NCBI GenBank assembly: GCA_965263035.1
Contig: OZ253580.1
Location: 5,792,001 to 5,856,000, forward strand
Direction: 5' to 3'
Length of the DNA: 64,000 nucleotides
Source of the DNA: Acidobacteriota bacterium
GTDB taxonomy: Bacteria > Acidobacteriota > UBA6911 > RPQK01 > JAJDTT01
In this document: positions 18,504-28,728 of the stretch, one piece after another
How positions within the stretch are numbered: position 1 is the first letter of the stretch
How the letters are laid out: the number at the start of each line of letters is the position of its first letter
Position numbers and translations under genes: made by a program
Notes under the pieces: generated by a model
Seen by the model: the letters and a program-made list of their open reading frames with translations, nothing else
Databases searched by the model: none
Told to the model about the DNA's origin: nothing

Positions 18504-20393
18504 ATGAATACGCCCGGAAAGGAACCAACCATTCGGCTTACGGCCGCACAGGCCATCGTCAAATATCTGCAGAGGCAGTACAGCGAGCGGGATGGCTTCC
18601 GGCAACGGTTGGTGCCGGCCATGTTCGGAATATTCGGCCACGGCAACGTCACCGGAATGGGACAGGCCTTGGAAGAGTACGGTTCGGAGCTGCCCTACTA
18701 CCAGCCCTGCAACGAACAGTCCATGGTGCATACGGCGGCCGGTTTTGCCAGGGCCAAGCGGCGCCTCGCCACGCTGGCCTGCACCACGTCCATCGGTCCT
18801 GGAGCCACCAACATGATCACGGGCGCGGCGGCGGCCACCATCAACCGGCTACCCGTGCTCCTCTTTCCCTCGGACATCTACGCCAATCGGAAGCAGGGCC
18901 CGGTGCTCCAGCAATTGGAGCATCCCTCGGCCGGCGACGTGAGCGTGAACGACTGCTTTCGGCCCGTCAGCCGCTTTTTCGACCGCATCACCCGGCCGGA
19001 GCAGATCCTCACGGCCCTTCCGGAAGCCATGCGGGTGTTGACGGACCCGGCGGAAACGGGGTCGGTCACCCTCTGTCTCTGCCAAGACGTCCAGCCGGAG
19101 GCTTTCGACTATCCCGTCCACTTCTTCGAGGAAAGAGATTGGCGGATCGAACGGCGCCTGCCCGACCCCAAGCGGGTCCGAGAGGCGATGGAGTTGTTGA
19201 GGGCGGCCCGGAGACCCTTGATCATCGCCGGCGGAGGCGTCATCTATTCCGACGCTTCCCGCCAACTGGAGCACTTCTCCCGGTTCTGCGGTCTTCCGGT
19301 GGTGGAGACGCACGCCGGCAAGGGGGCACATGGTCGGCCGTCGGACCTCCTGGCGGGAGGCCTGGGCACCACCGGGAACCCGGCTGCGACCCGACTGGCT
19401 GCCGCCGCCGATCTGATTCTGTGCGTCGGAACTCGCCTGTCCGATTTCGACACCGGCTCCCAATCGGGCTTCCAGCACCCGGACGTCCGCTTCATCAACA
19501 TCAACGTCTGTGGCCGCGATGCCTACAAGCAGGGAGCCTTGCCGCTCCTGGCCGATGCGCGCGAGGCGCTGCAGGCTCTGGCCGATGCCGCGGAGGAGGC
19601 CGGTATCGAGACCGAGCCGTCCTACCGGCGGGAGGTCATCGAGATCTGCCGGGACTGGGAAGGAGTCTGCCGGCGGGAGGTGAACGAGCACGATCGCGAG
19701 GTGATGCTCCAGACTCAGTTGGTCCGCACCCTGCAAGAAGAGTCTCAGCCCGGAGATACGGTCGTTGCCGCCGCCGGAAGCCCCCCCGGCGACATCCTCA
19801 AGTTCTGGGACGCCACCGGGGCGCGCCACTGTCACCTGGAGTTCGGCTACTCCTGCATGGGCTACGAGTTGCCGGCCGGACTCGGCGTCCGCATGGCGCA
19901 CCCTGAGGGCGAGGTCGTCGTCTTCATCGGCGACGGCACCTACCTGATGAACCCCACCGAGCTGGTTACGGCGGTGCAGGAGGGCCTGAAGCTGACGGTG
20001 GTCATCAGCGAGAATCGCGGCTTTCAATGCATCCGCGGACTGCAGGAGCTGCGCTCCGGCCAGGCCTTCGGCAATGAGTTTCGCCTCCGCAATCCCAAAA
20101 CCGGACGTCTGGACGGGGACTACCTCGAGATCGACTATGCCGGCAACGCGGCGTCCATGGGGGCCAGGACCTTCAACGTGGCGACGACGGAGGAACTGAG
20201 CCAAGCCCTCCGACAGGCCCGGCAGGAAACTCGGACCTGTGTCATCGTGGTCCGGACTGCCCGGGACGCGACATCGCCCCCTTCAGAGCTCTTCTGGGAC
20301 TTCACCGTGGCCGAGGTCAGTAACGATCCGCTGACGCGGGAACTGCGCAGGCGGTACGAGGAAGAACGTCGAGGCCAGCGGTTCCACTACTGA
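18504..20393 (+). CDS. iolD: 3D-(3,5/4)-trihydroxycyclohexane-1,2-dione acylhydrolase (TPP-dependent)
   Basis: TIRLTAAQA, GIFGHGNV, NEQSM, TSIGPGATN, LEFGYSCMGYE, GDGTY TPP motif. Confidence 0.93.
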   Translation: MNTPGKEPTIRLTAAQAIVKYLQRQYSERDGFRQRLVPAMFGIFGHGNVTGMGQALEEYGSELPYYQPCNEQSMVHTAAGFARAKRRLATLACTTSIGPGATNMITGAAAATINRLPVLLFPSDIYANRKQGPVLQQLEHPSAGDVSVNDCFRPVSRFFDRITRPEQILTALPEAMRVLTDPAETGSVTLCLCQDVQPEAFDYPVHFFEERDWRIERRLPDPKRVREAMELLRAARRPLIIAGGGVIYSDASRQLEHFSRFCGLPVVETHAGKGAHGRPSDLLAGGLGTTGNPAATRLAAAADLILCVGTRLSDFDTGSQSGFQHPDVRFININVCGRDAYKQGALPLLADAREALQALADAAEEAGIETEPSYRREVIEICRDWEGVCRREVNEHDREVMLQTQLVRTLQEESQPGDTVVAAAGSPPGDILKFWDATGARHCHLEFGYSCMGYELPAGLGVRMAHPEGEVVVFIGDGTYLMNPTELVTAVQEGLKLTVVISENRGFQCIRGLQELRSGQAFGNEFRLRNPKTGRLDGDYLEIDYAGNAASMGARTFNVATTEELSQALRQARQETRTCVIVVRTARDATSPPSELFWDFTVAEVSNDPLTRELRRRYEEERRGQRFHY

Positions 20394-21895
20394 GCTTCGG
20401 AAACCGGCTGGACCCGCTTCCAGCGCGACGCCACCACCATGGATCCCAGGAGCAGCCCGGCCAGGATCACGAAGCCTCGAATCTGATCGTAGTCCCAGAT
20501 GGCCTTGAGTCCCATGGCGGTGAAGGCCAGCCCGGCCATCAGGTTGGCAGCCATCAGGAAGCGGGGCATCCTCAGTTCCTTCGGCAGGAATTTCCAATCC
20601 GACCAGAGGTTGGCCAGACAGTAAAAGCCGCAGAGCAGGACTCCGGTGTAGATGCCGGCAGGCGTGACGATGTCCAGCAGGTCCACCTGCGGAAAGAGCC
20701 GCGTCAGCCATAGGAGGCTCAGTCCTCCTAGCAGAATCCATAGAATCGTCGCCCATCTCAGTATCGGACTCTCCATCTCCGCACGGCTCTTCCCCAGGGT
20801 CAACCCGAACTCGTAGAAGACCCGATAGGTGACCTCCGGACCACCGTAGAGGATGCCGAAGAAGGCGAAAAAGACCCCGATCTTGTAGAGCGGCAGCAGC
20901 CAGGGGCTCAGTGTGGTGAGGAAGGTGGCCTGGTAGTTGAGCAGATTGACCCCGTCCGGCACCAGGTAGCGGGGTTGCAGAAGGACCGTGCCCAGAATCG
21001 AAAAGCAGGCGGCGACCAGCACGATCATGGCGAAGCTGACGACCGTATCGATGACGGCTGCCCGAACCCAGAGACGGGCCGGATGATCGGCGCGTGCCGC
21101 GATGTGCGCCAGCCGGGCGGGTGTCACCGGCCCGCAGTCGCTGTGACCCCACTTCTTCTCCCGCAGGAAGGAGACGTACGCCAGGTAGTCGTAACTCTGG
21201 CCTCCGAGGGCGGCAGCATAGACCATGAGCTCCAACCAGGGGGAACGAGCCGCCATCTCCGGCAGCTCCCGGGCAAGCCACTCGGGATAGGTGAGGGCGA
21301 CCGGTACCAGGAAACCTTGCATCACCTGCCACCAGTCGGGTCGAACGTGGAAGACAGCCACCAGGATGCAACTCACCGTCACACCCAGAATGACCATCTG
21401 GGCCTTCTCCAGGAACTGGTACCTGCCGATGGCCAGAAGCAGCAGGGCAACTACCACCCAGAGACTCGCCCAGACGTAAAGGTTCCCGACGCCGAAGATC
21501 CAGGTGCAGATGGTCCCCAGAACGCCTTCCAGGAAACACAGCCAGAGTGGAGAGCAAACCAGAGCCACCGCGACCATGAACAGGTTCATCCAGCCGGGAG
21601 GACCGGGAATGGAACTCCAGCGGCGGCACGGGTGTCCCCCGGTCAGGATCATGTGACGCATGCTGGTGTAGACCAGGATCCACTTGAGCAGTGCGATGAG
21701 CAGCAGAACCCAGAGAACCCGATAGCCGAAGACGGCGCCGGTCCGGGAGGGGAAAAAGATCTCCCCGCTGCCGATGTTGACCGAAGCGATGATGGCGCCG
21801 GGCCCGAAGAAGGCCATCCAGCGAAGGGGACTCCGGGAGAGCAGCGACGGCGGAGGAGCGGGCAACTTCAGGTTTGATTCTTCGGCCACGGGCAT
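20387..21895 (-). CDS. Nramp-family (APC superfamily) transporter
   Basis: GPGAIIASVNIGSGE motif followed by about 11 TM segments; probable start ATG 21895. Confidence 0.82.
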   Translation of the reverse strand: MPVAEESNLKLPAPPPSLLSRSPLRWMAFFGPGAIIASVNIGSGEIFFPSRTGAVFGYRVLWVLLLIALLKWILVYTSMRHMILTGGHPCRRWSSIPGPPGWMNLFMVAVALVCSPLWLCFLEGVLGTICTWIFGVGNLYVWASLWVVVALLLLAIGRYQFLEKAQMVILGVTVSCILVAVFHVRPDWWQVMQGFLVPVALTYPEWLARELPEMAARSPWLELMVYAAALGGQSYDYLAYVSFLREKKWGHSDCGPVTPARLAHIAARADHPARLWVRAAVIDTVVSFAMIVLVAACFSILGTVLLQPRYLVPDGVNLLNYQATFLTTLSPWLLPLYKIGVFFAFFGILYGGPEVTYRVFYEFGLTLGKSRAEMESPILRWATILWILLGGLSLLWLTRLFPQVDLLDIVTPAGIYTGVLLCGFYCLANLWSDWKFLPKELRMPRFLMAANLMAGLAFTAMGLKAIWDYDQIRGFVILAGLLLGSMVVASRWKRVQPVSEAQ

Positions 21896-21958
21896 CAGTA
21901 TAAGGGGGCGCGCGACCCATGGTGAAGCTTGTTTTCGATTGATAAGGAGTCCGGAGTC

Positions 21959-23530
21959 ATGAAATACAGGTTGGGCACCGTTGTTTTGCCCCTTTGCCTG
22001 GCAGCGGTCCAGGCGGCCTCCTCCCACGAACCTCTGAAGATCGGCTCTCAGCGTCAGCTCTTCATCGACGATTACGTCGTCCAGTCGATAGATCCGGGGG
22101 TCTATCGGCACCTGAACCAGCCCCTCAAGTACCGGGACAATCCCGTGATCCGTATGGACCAGGATTGGGAGCACAAGGGGGGACTGTCCCACGGGGGCGA
22201 CTGCGGACAGATCTTCTACGACCCGGACCGAAAGGTGTATCGATTTTACGGTCTGATGGTCAATTGGGACTGGTCGGAGCGATGGATCTTCTACGCCGAA
22301 TCCAAGGACGGCATCCATTGGATCAAGCCACGTCTGGGGCAGGTGGAGTACCTCGGTCACGACACGAATTTCATCTCCCTGCCTTTCGACAAGGAGGCGA
22401 CGAGCAACGCCGTCTTCCGCGACCCTGTGGCCAAGAGCGAGGACGAGCGGTTCAAGATGCTCTACTTCCAGAAACGGGGAGACCGGGTCAGGATGATGCC
22501 CGGCTACTCCCGGGACGGCTTCGACTGGAAGGCGTACCAGGTGGAGCGGCCCGCCGTCGATTTCTGGTCCGACACCAACAACAACCTGCTCTGGGACCCC
22601 AAGAAGAAGCGGTACATCCTCTACCTTCGGAGCTTCAACCGGCTGAGCCGTTGGATGAAGCCGGAGCCGGTCTACGCCGCGGATGCACGGGTCCGGACCG
22701 CTTCCTTCGCCACCAGCGTCGATTTCCTGAACTGGGACGCCCAACCCACGCTCCGGGACGCCCCCGACCGCTTCATTGCCTTTCATGCCGACGAGAAGGA
22801 CCGGGTGGGCGATCGGAATTTCTACACTTTGGAAGTGCTCCCCTACGAGGGGGGATTCGTCGGGTTCACCTCCGTCTACCACACCATGTTCGGAACCGCG
22901 CCGGCCGCAATGGATACGGGCAATGCCCAATCCCCCTGGATGGAGCGGATGGACGTGCAACTGCTCTGGAGCCGGGACGCGGAGAGGTTCCAGCGTGTGG
23001 GAGACCGGCGGGTGTTCATTCCCAATGGTCCGCCAGGCAGCTGGGATGAGCATCTGGTCTATTCGATCCACAACGGGATCATCCGGGAAGATCTGGGTGA
23101 GGTCTGGATCTACTACCAGGGCTTCCGCGGGCACCACTGGTTCTACCATCGCCAGGAGCCCCAGCTGGGACAGATCGGACTGGCCATCCTCAGGCTCGAC
23201 GGGTTCGTGAGCGTGACCGGGAAGGGAGCCTTGACCACGCGTCCCCTGTTGCTCGAGGGAAACCGGCTCCAGATCAATGCCACCGGAGTGGACAAGTTCG
23301 TGGGTCCCGGCTACGGGACCGTCCGGATCGAGGTCCTGGACGCCGCTACGGGCGAGGCGGTGGCCGGGTTCGGAAAAGAGGACTCGGATGCCTTCGGCGG
23401 GGACGAGATCGGGTACACGGCGAGTTGGAAGGGAAAGCAGGATCTGAGCGCCCTGCAGGGGAAGGCCGTTCGGTTGAAGTTCCACCTGGACAAGGCCAAG
23501 CTCTTCTCGTTCTGGGTCGACCAGGAATGA
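21959..23530 (+). CDS. Secreted GH32-like beta-propeller protein
   Basis: QLFIDD, AESKDGIHWIKP, SRDGFDW, LRLDGFVS, LFSFW; paralogous to 14496-16061. Confidence 0.75.
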   Translation: MKYRLGTVVLPLCLAAVQAASSHEPLKIGSQRQLFIDDYVVQSIDPGVYRHLNQPLKYRDNPVIRMDQDWEHKGGLSHGGDCGQIFYDPDRKVYRFYGLMVNWDWSERWIFYAESKDGIHWIKPRLGQVEYLGHDTNFISLPFDKEATSNAVFRDPVAKSEDERFKMLYFQKRGDRVRMMPGYSRDGFDWKAYQVERPAVDFWSDTNNNLLWDPKKKRYILYLRSFNRLSRWMKPEPVYAADARVRTASFATSVDFLNWDAQPTLRDAPDRFIAFHADEKDRVGDRNFYTLEVLPYEGGFVGFTSVYHTMFGTAPAAMDTGNAQSPWMERMDVQLLWSRDAERFQRVGDRRVFIPNGPPGSWDEHLVYSIHNGIIREDLGEVWIYYQGFRGHHWFYHRQEPQLGQIGLAILRLDGFVSVTGKGALTTRPLLLEGNRLQINATGVDKFVGPGYGTVRIEVLDAATGEAVAGFGKEDSDAFGGDEIGYTASWKGKQDLSALQGKAVRLKFHLDKAKLFSFWVDQE

Positions 23531-23548
23531 CCCGGTGAGCTGATATCT

Positions 23549-24818
23549 CTACCGCGAGACCCGGACCCGCCGCAACAGGATGGCCTTCTGCTGACGGCCC
23601 TGCCGGTCCTGGTGCTTGAAGTGGGAGTAGGCGATGAGGAATTCGTCCGGTCCCACCGCCAACACGCTTGTATACCCGCACGTGTTCCGCTCGCCGGAGG
23701 TTCCCGTGGGAATCAATGTGGTGGGCTGGGACCATGACTTGCCGGTTCCGTCGGCGGAGAACTTCAGGTGCACGCCGTGACGGCCGAAAGAGCAGACCAT
23801 AATCCCGTTTTCCAGCAGCAGCAGACAGGGGAAAACGCCGAATTTATGGAGCGGCCGAACCGGTTCCCAGGTCCGTCCACGGTCCGAGCTGAAGGTGATG
23901 ACCAGACGGTGGCCCTTCGTGTAGTCCGTGTAGTGGGCCGATCCCCGGATGGCACAGACCAACCGTCCGTCCGACGCGAGGGCGATCATGGGTTCCGTCA
24001 TGTAGGAATCTCCGGTCGGGTCGACCGCAATGGTGCCTCTCCGGGTCCAGGTCCTGCCGTTGTCCCGCGAAACCATGCAGGTGGCCGGCCAGTGGCGAGG
24101 GATCGTATCGTCCCCGGCGGTGTATGTCCCCTGATAGTCGCCGTAGAACAGCTCCTTCCCCAACCTGGCGGGAGCGTGCTCGATCCGGGTGCGTCCCACC
24201 AAGTGGGACTTGGTGTGCTTCCAGATCAGGCGTCCTCGAGTGTCGTAGATCACCGTCTCCGGCTTCCAGGCGGGAAGTTCGGGGGTCCAGCGATAGGCGG
24301 GGAGCTCACGCATGAAGTCCTGGATTTCTTTCGGGGATTTCTCATACCGGTGCAGCGAAATCCCCTTTTCGTCCCCCAGATACCCCACCGGGGGTGGCAG
24401 ACTCAGGCCCGTGGCCCTCAGGTTGAAGGCGACGACGGGAGATATAGAGAGGAACTCACCCGGAGAAATCTCGGCCACCGTCGGGTGCGGTTTGTAGCCG
24501 GCCACATGATTGTAGACCCGCTTCCAGCTCCTCCCCTCGTCCGCCGAGACGTACATGGGGCTGGCATGCCCCACAGCTTCGGTGGCGTCGGCGTTGTGTG
24601 AATAGCCGAGGCCGATCCGTCCCTGGGGCAGTCGGAACAGGGCAGGGTACTGATGGTATCCCCAACGCGTCTCGCCGGGCTCGGAGGTGGCGATGACCTG
24701 GATCTCCCCGAGTTGCACCCGGACCTCGGGTCCCACAGGAACCAGTGGCGTGCCGGAACCCGCCAGCGGAGCGGACCATAAGGACAACAGGCAGATCGCC
24801 GCTTTGCCGGGAATGAAA
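23549..24818 (-). CDS. Sialidase-like BNR-repeat protein; start codon unclear
   Basis: Asp-boxes SADEGRSW, SRDNGRTW, SSDRGRTW, GKSW; TCGYT tail; the frame continues into the tRNA. Confidence 0.72.
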
Positions 24819-24892
24819 CGCGCCCGGCAGGGCTCGAACCTGCGGCCTTTGGTTTCGTAGACCAACGCTCTATCCAACTGAGCTACGGGCGC
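24819..24892 (-). tRNA. tRNA-Arg (anticodon ACG), CCA not encoded
   Basis: GCGCCCG acceptor stem, D arm TAGCTCAGTTGGATAGAGC, anticodon arm TTGGT-CTACGAA-ACCAA, T loop GGTTCGAGCC. Confidence 0.96.
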
Positions 24893-25084
24893 CCGAGTGC
24901 CCGGAGTTTAGCAAAATTGAACTCGGTCAGGAAGGCGTACTCATCGTTGCAGTTGGCGTCGCCACGGAGCAGACTGGTCGTCGGCGCCAACCACGGGATC
25001 CACCTTGGAGAGGATCCATCCGGAAGCCGGACGTACTTTGGCCAAGAAACCTTCCGGGCGCCCATGTCTCGGCAGTGTACACGA

Positions 25085-26476
25085 ATGACTGAGTTCGGGC
25101 GGCGCGGGTTTCTCAAGAGGTCCTCTACCCTCCTCATCGGAAGTTCCACGGCCGGTCTGTCTTCAGGGTGGATCGGAGCGGGCAATCGAATCCGGGCGGG
25201 ACTCATTGGGGCCGGCGCCCGAGGCCGAGGCCTGATGTACGAGGCCAGCGACCTGCCGGGCGTGGAGTTAGCGGTCATCTCCGATCCGGATCGGCGGCGG
25301 ATGGAGGGGACGGCAGCCGAACTGGAGAAGAAGACCGGCAGGCGCCCCCGGACCGAAACGGACCTGCGCCGGATCCTGGACGATCCGGAGATCGACGCCG
25401 TCATCATCGCCAGTTGCGACCACTGGCACGCCTTGGCCACCATCTGGGCGTGTCAGGCGGGAAAGCACGTCTACGTGGAAAAGCCCGTGTGTCACAACCT
25501 CTTCGAGGGGAGGAAGATGCTGGAGGCGGCCCGGAAATACGGCCGTATCGTCCAGACCGGAACTCAGCGGCGATCCAACGGCTCTTTTCGCAAGGCGGCT
25601 CATCTGATCCGGGAGGGAGCCATCGGCGACGTCTATTGGGCCAGCTTCGACCTTCCCAATCCCCGGGAGTCCATCGAATTCAAAAAGCAGGAGCCGGTCC
25701 CTTCCTGGCTCGATTGGGACCTGTGGCTGGGACCGGCCGAAAAGAGGCCTTACCACGCCAATCTGGTGCACTACAACTGGCAATGGTTCTGGGACTTCGG
25801 CAACGGCGAGCTGGCGACCAACGGGGTCCACCTTCTGGACATCGCCCGCTGGTGCCTGGGCAAGGGTCTACCCTCCCGAATCCATTCGGTGGGAGGGCGC
25901 TACGGTCCGCCCGACCAGGGAGAGACCCCCAACGCCCAGAAGGCCACTTTCCGGTACGACGACGGGACGCTGCTCACCGGTGAGGTTCGCAACCTCTATT
26001 CGGCTCAGGGAAGAGTGAGGCCCCGGCGGCCCGGCGACCCGGACCCCAGACGCTGGTGGCTCGACGAATTGTCCTGGAGCTTCTATGGGAGCAAGGGGTA
26101 TATCAATCTGAAACCGCGTCAGGGCGGCGGACGAGAAGAGGCACCGCGCCAGTTGGCCAAACGCTACGGCTGCGAGTATCAGGTATTTCTGGGCCGCAAC
26201 CCAGACCCCGAACCGGATCAGGGAATCCTGGAGCACGAGGACCACTTCGGAAATTTCGTTGAGGCGATCCGGTCAGGGCGCCCGGAAATCCTGACGGCGG
26301 GACTGGAGGACGGAGTGCTTTCGGCCAGCCACTGCATCATGGCCAACATCTCCCTCCGTCTCGGAAGGGAACTGCGGTACGACGCCGCAACTCACCGGTT
26401 CGTGGGGGATGACGAGGCTAATCGCCTGCTGACCCGATCCTATCGGGAGCCCTACGTCGTCCCCGATAAGATCTGA
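25085..26476 (+). CDS. Gfo/Idh/MocA oxidoreductase, Tat-exported
   Basis: GRRGFLK Tat motif; GLIGAGARG, DHWH, GKHVYVEKP, WDLWLGPA, HYNW. Confidence 0.92.
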   Translation: MTEFGRRGFLKRSSTLLIGSSTAGLSSGWIGAGNRIRAGLIGAGARGRGLMYEASDLPGVELAVISDPDRRRMEGTAAELEKKTGRRPRTETDLRRILDDPEIDAVIIASCDHWHALATIWACQAGKHVYVEKPVCHNLFEGRKMLEAARKYGRIVQTGTQRRSNGSFRKAAHLIREGAIGDVYWASFDLPNPRESIEFKKQEPVPSWLDWDLWLGPAEKRPYHANLVHYNWQWFWDFGNGELATNGVHLLDIARWCLGKGLPSRIHSVGGRYGPPDQGETPNAQKATFRYDDGTLLTGEVRNLYSAQGRVRPRRPGDPDPRRWWLDELSWSFYGSKGYINLKPRQGGGREEAPRQLAKRYGCEYQVFLGRNPDPEPDQGILEHEDHFGNFVEAIRSGRPEILTAGLEDGVLSASHCIMANISLRLGRELRYDAATHRFVGDDEANRLLTRSYREPYVVPDKI

Positions 26477-26571
26477 CCCGAAGAATTCTGAACCTCGATT
26501 CGAGACTCCGGACACGCTTCTGGAGCAGCGCGGCTCCCGGCCTCACGCCGGAACGGAGATGCGAAAGCCCT

Positions 26572-27141
26572 CTACAACGACTCTCCCAGCTTGTTCTTTC
26601 GAGCCCGGTCACGCAATGAGCCCTCCCGATAGTACTCGCCGGGAGGCGTTCCGATGAACACCCACCAGCAGTCCTCCTGGGTATGGTTGTAGACGGAACG
26701 GGGCACATCGGCGGGAAATCGGAAGGCATCGAAAGCCTTGGCCTCGACCACGGTTTCGCCGATTCGAATCTGGCTCCGGCCCTGCATCAGGATGTAGGTC
26801 TCTTCCGCCTGCTCGTGGGTGTGGTGTCCGACCGATTGGCCCGGCTTCAGGTGACCGATGGAGAAGGCGACGTGTTCGCATTCCAGGTGGGGATCATAAG
26901 CCCGCAGATCCCCGTTTTCGGCTTTGGGCCATGGGTGGTCCTGATCTTTGATGGGACTTCCTGGAGTGCCCGCCGGCGGAAGCCAGTCCCATCGAACCCG
27001 CCGGGACCGCTTCTCGTGGCCCTCGACGGCGGTCTTCGCCGGAGCCCCCAGCGCCACGTTCTTCAGAACCAGGGCCAGCGCTGACATTCCTGCGACCGAG
27101 GTCGTCAAAAACCGCCGCCTCTCGTTTTCAGATCTCCTCAT
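26572..27141 (-). CDS. Cupin-domain protein, Tat-exported
   Basis: ERRRFL signal; PGQSVGHHTHEQAEETYILMQG cupin motif. Confidence 0.8.
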   Translation of the reverse strand: MRRSENERRRFLTTSVAGMSALALVLKNVALGAPAKTAVEGHEKRSRRVRWDWLPPAGTPGSPIKDQDHPWPKAENGDLRAYDPHLECEHVAFSIGHLKPGQSVGHHTHEQAEETYILMQGRSQIRIGETVVEAKAFDAFRFPADVPRSVYNHTQEDCWWVFIGTPPGEYYREGSLRDRARKNKLGESL

Positions 27142-27191
27142 GGGTCCTCCTATACTCTGTCTTCGCTCTTCTCTCCTGATTACTCGTGTTC

Positions 27192-28703
27192 TCAGAAGTT
27201 CCAGATGGGAATCGGTTCCCCCGCCGAGATAACTTCTTCCAGGTAGGCTCCCGTCTGAGACGTCGGGTCCTGCATATGGGTCAACTCTCCGTACTCCAGG
27301 ATGCGGAGAGCGATCACGTTGCGCCACCTGCCGTCGGCCAGGCGCAGCGTGACGGCAACGGGATGATCCACCCGCCAAGTGGTCCCACCGGGGGGCGGAC
27401 CGAATTCCTTCCGCAGGTCCCGGGCCACCAAGGGCGGCAGCAAGCCCGTCCGATCCTGGTTCAAGGGCCAAAGGCAGAGCGTATTTCGGGTGCGTCCCCC
27501 CCAGAGAGGGCTCCCTCGCGAATCCTTGACCAGTTTGATGCGGTCCAGACCCTCCATGAAGACTTCATAGAGGTTGGCCGCCACAAAGGGCGTGCCGTCA
27601 GCCGCGGAATTCAGGACGATGGGAGCTGCCGAGATCAAACCCCGGACATGGATGATTTTCGCCCAGGTCTCACCGTTGTCGCGGGACCGCCAGATGCGGA
27701 TGTCATGGGGGGCCGTCCGCGTCTCGGAGGCTTCGAAAACCTCGGGACTCCCGCTTCCCCGGGCACAGAAGAGGATGGACCCGTCCTGGTCGCGAACGGC
27801 ACTGGCCTCGGAGGTGCCGTCCTCGCCGGTGACGGGAACGTAGGAGATGGGGCGCCATGCACCCTCCGCACGCCTCCACCGCGCCAACCCCGAGCCCCCG
27901 GTCTCGCCGTCCCCGTAGCCTTTCATGGCAAAGAGTAGATCGTCGCCGTCGGGAATGGCCGTCATCAGGCTCGCGCTCAACCGCCAGCCGGGAAGCAGCA
28001 CCTCCTGCGAAACCCGCTCGGTATTGGTCACGCTGAAGGTCGTGCCGTCATACGCGAGCTGATGAATCTCCAGGTAGGAGTACATCTGACTCATGTCCTC
28101 GAACACGGAGGTTCGAGGATTCCGGCCGAACATATTCACTCCGTAGGGCGGGGGCCCTTCGATGGTAGTCCTCCAGGCGACGGACTGGTTGAGGCCGAAT
28201 CCCGTGCCGGCATGAGGATGGGGGGAACCGTCCGCCCGTTTTGCGCCAAAGGGAACGAAGCCCCCCATGACCGGGTATTTCACCATGATGGCGTCCTGAT
28301 TGGGCGGCTTGGAATTGGGATTGGGCTCGTTGTGGTTACGAGTGATGGGGACGGCGCCATCCGGTTTCAGACCTGTTATATCGTCGAACGGGATCAGATC
28401 GGAGCCGTTTTCGAAGTCGGTGCCCTTCGCTCCCGCAACCCGGAGGTTGCAGAGATACGCTCCCCTATTCGGGCCCAACTGGATGGGCAATCCCAACTGG
28501 TAGACCAAGGTCGCTCCTTCCGTAGTGCTATGGGGAAAACGCAGGTCTGGGGAATCCTGCGTCACGTCGATGATCCCGCTATCGGGAAGCGGCGTCGACG
28601 GCGTCTCTGGTGGTGGCGTCTGAGAGCCGCACGCAGCCAGACCCCAAAGGGCGACCACACCAAGCGCATTGATCCAATTTGGCGATTTCCACCAGTATCT
28701 CAT
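27192..28703 (-). CDS. Hypothetical lipoprotein with a BNR/Asp-box
   Basis: LAAC lipobox; SRDNGETW; long ORF in series with neighbours. Confidence 0.68.
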   Translation of the reverse strand: MRYWWKSPNWINALGVVALWGLAACGSQTPPPETPSTPLPDSGIIDVTQDSPDLRFPHSTTEGATLVYQLGLPIQLGPNRGAYLCNLRVAGAKGTDFENGSDLIPFDDITGLKPDGAVPITRNHNEPNPNSKPPNQDAIMVKYPVMGGFVPFGAKRADGSPHPHAGTGFGLNQSVAWRTTIEGPPPYGVNMFGRNPRTSVFEDMSQMYSYLEIHQLAYDGTTFSVTNTERVSQEVLLPGWRLSASLMTAIPDGDDLLFAMKGYGDGETGGSGLARWRRAEGAWRPISYVPVTGEDGTSEASAVRDQDGSILFCARGSGSPEVFEASETRTAPHDIRIWRSRDNGETWAKIIHVRGLISAAPIVLNSAADGTPFVAANLYEVFMEGLDRIKLVKDSRGSPLWGGRTRNTLCLWPLNQDRTGLLPPLVARDLRKEFGPPPGGTTWRVDHPVAVTLRLADGRWRNVIALRILEYGELTHMQDPTSQTGAYLEEVISAGEPIPIWNF

Positions 28704-28728
28704 GATGATTCTCCTCCGCGAACACATG

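Noticed and set aside
20387-23485. 1032-aa ORF that looks like an Nramp fusion
   Set aside because: The N-terminal half is the antisense shadow of the plus-strand gene at 21959-23530; the transporter probably starts at 21895.
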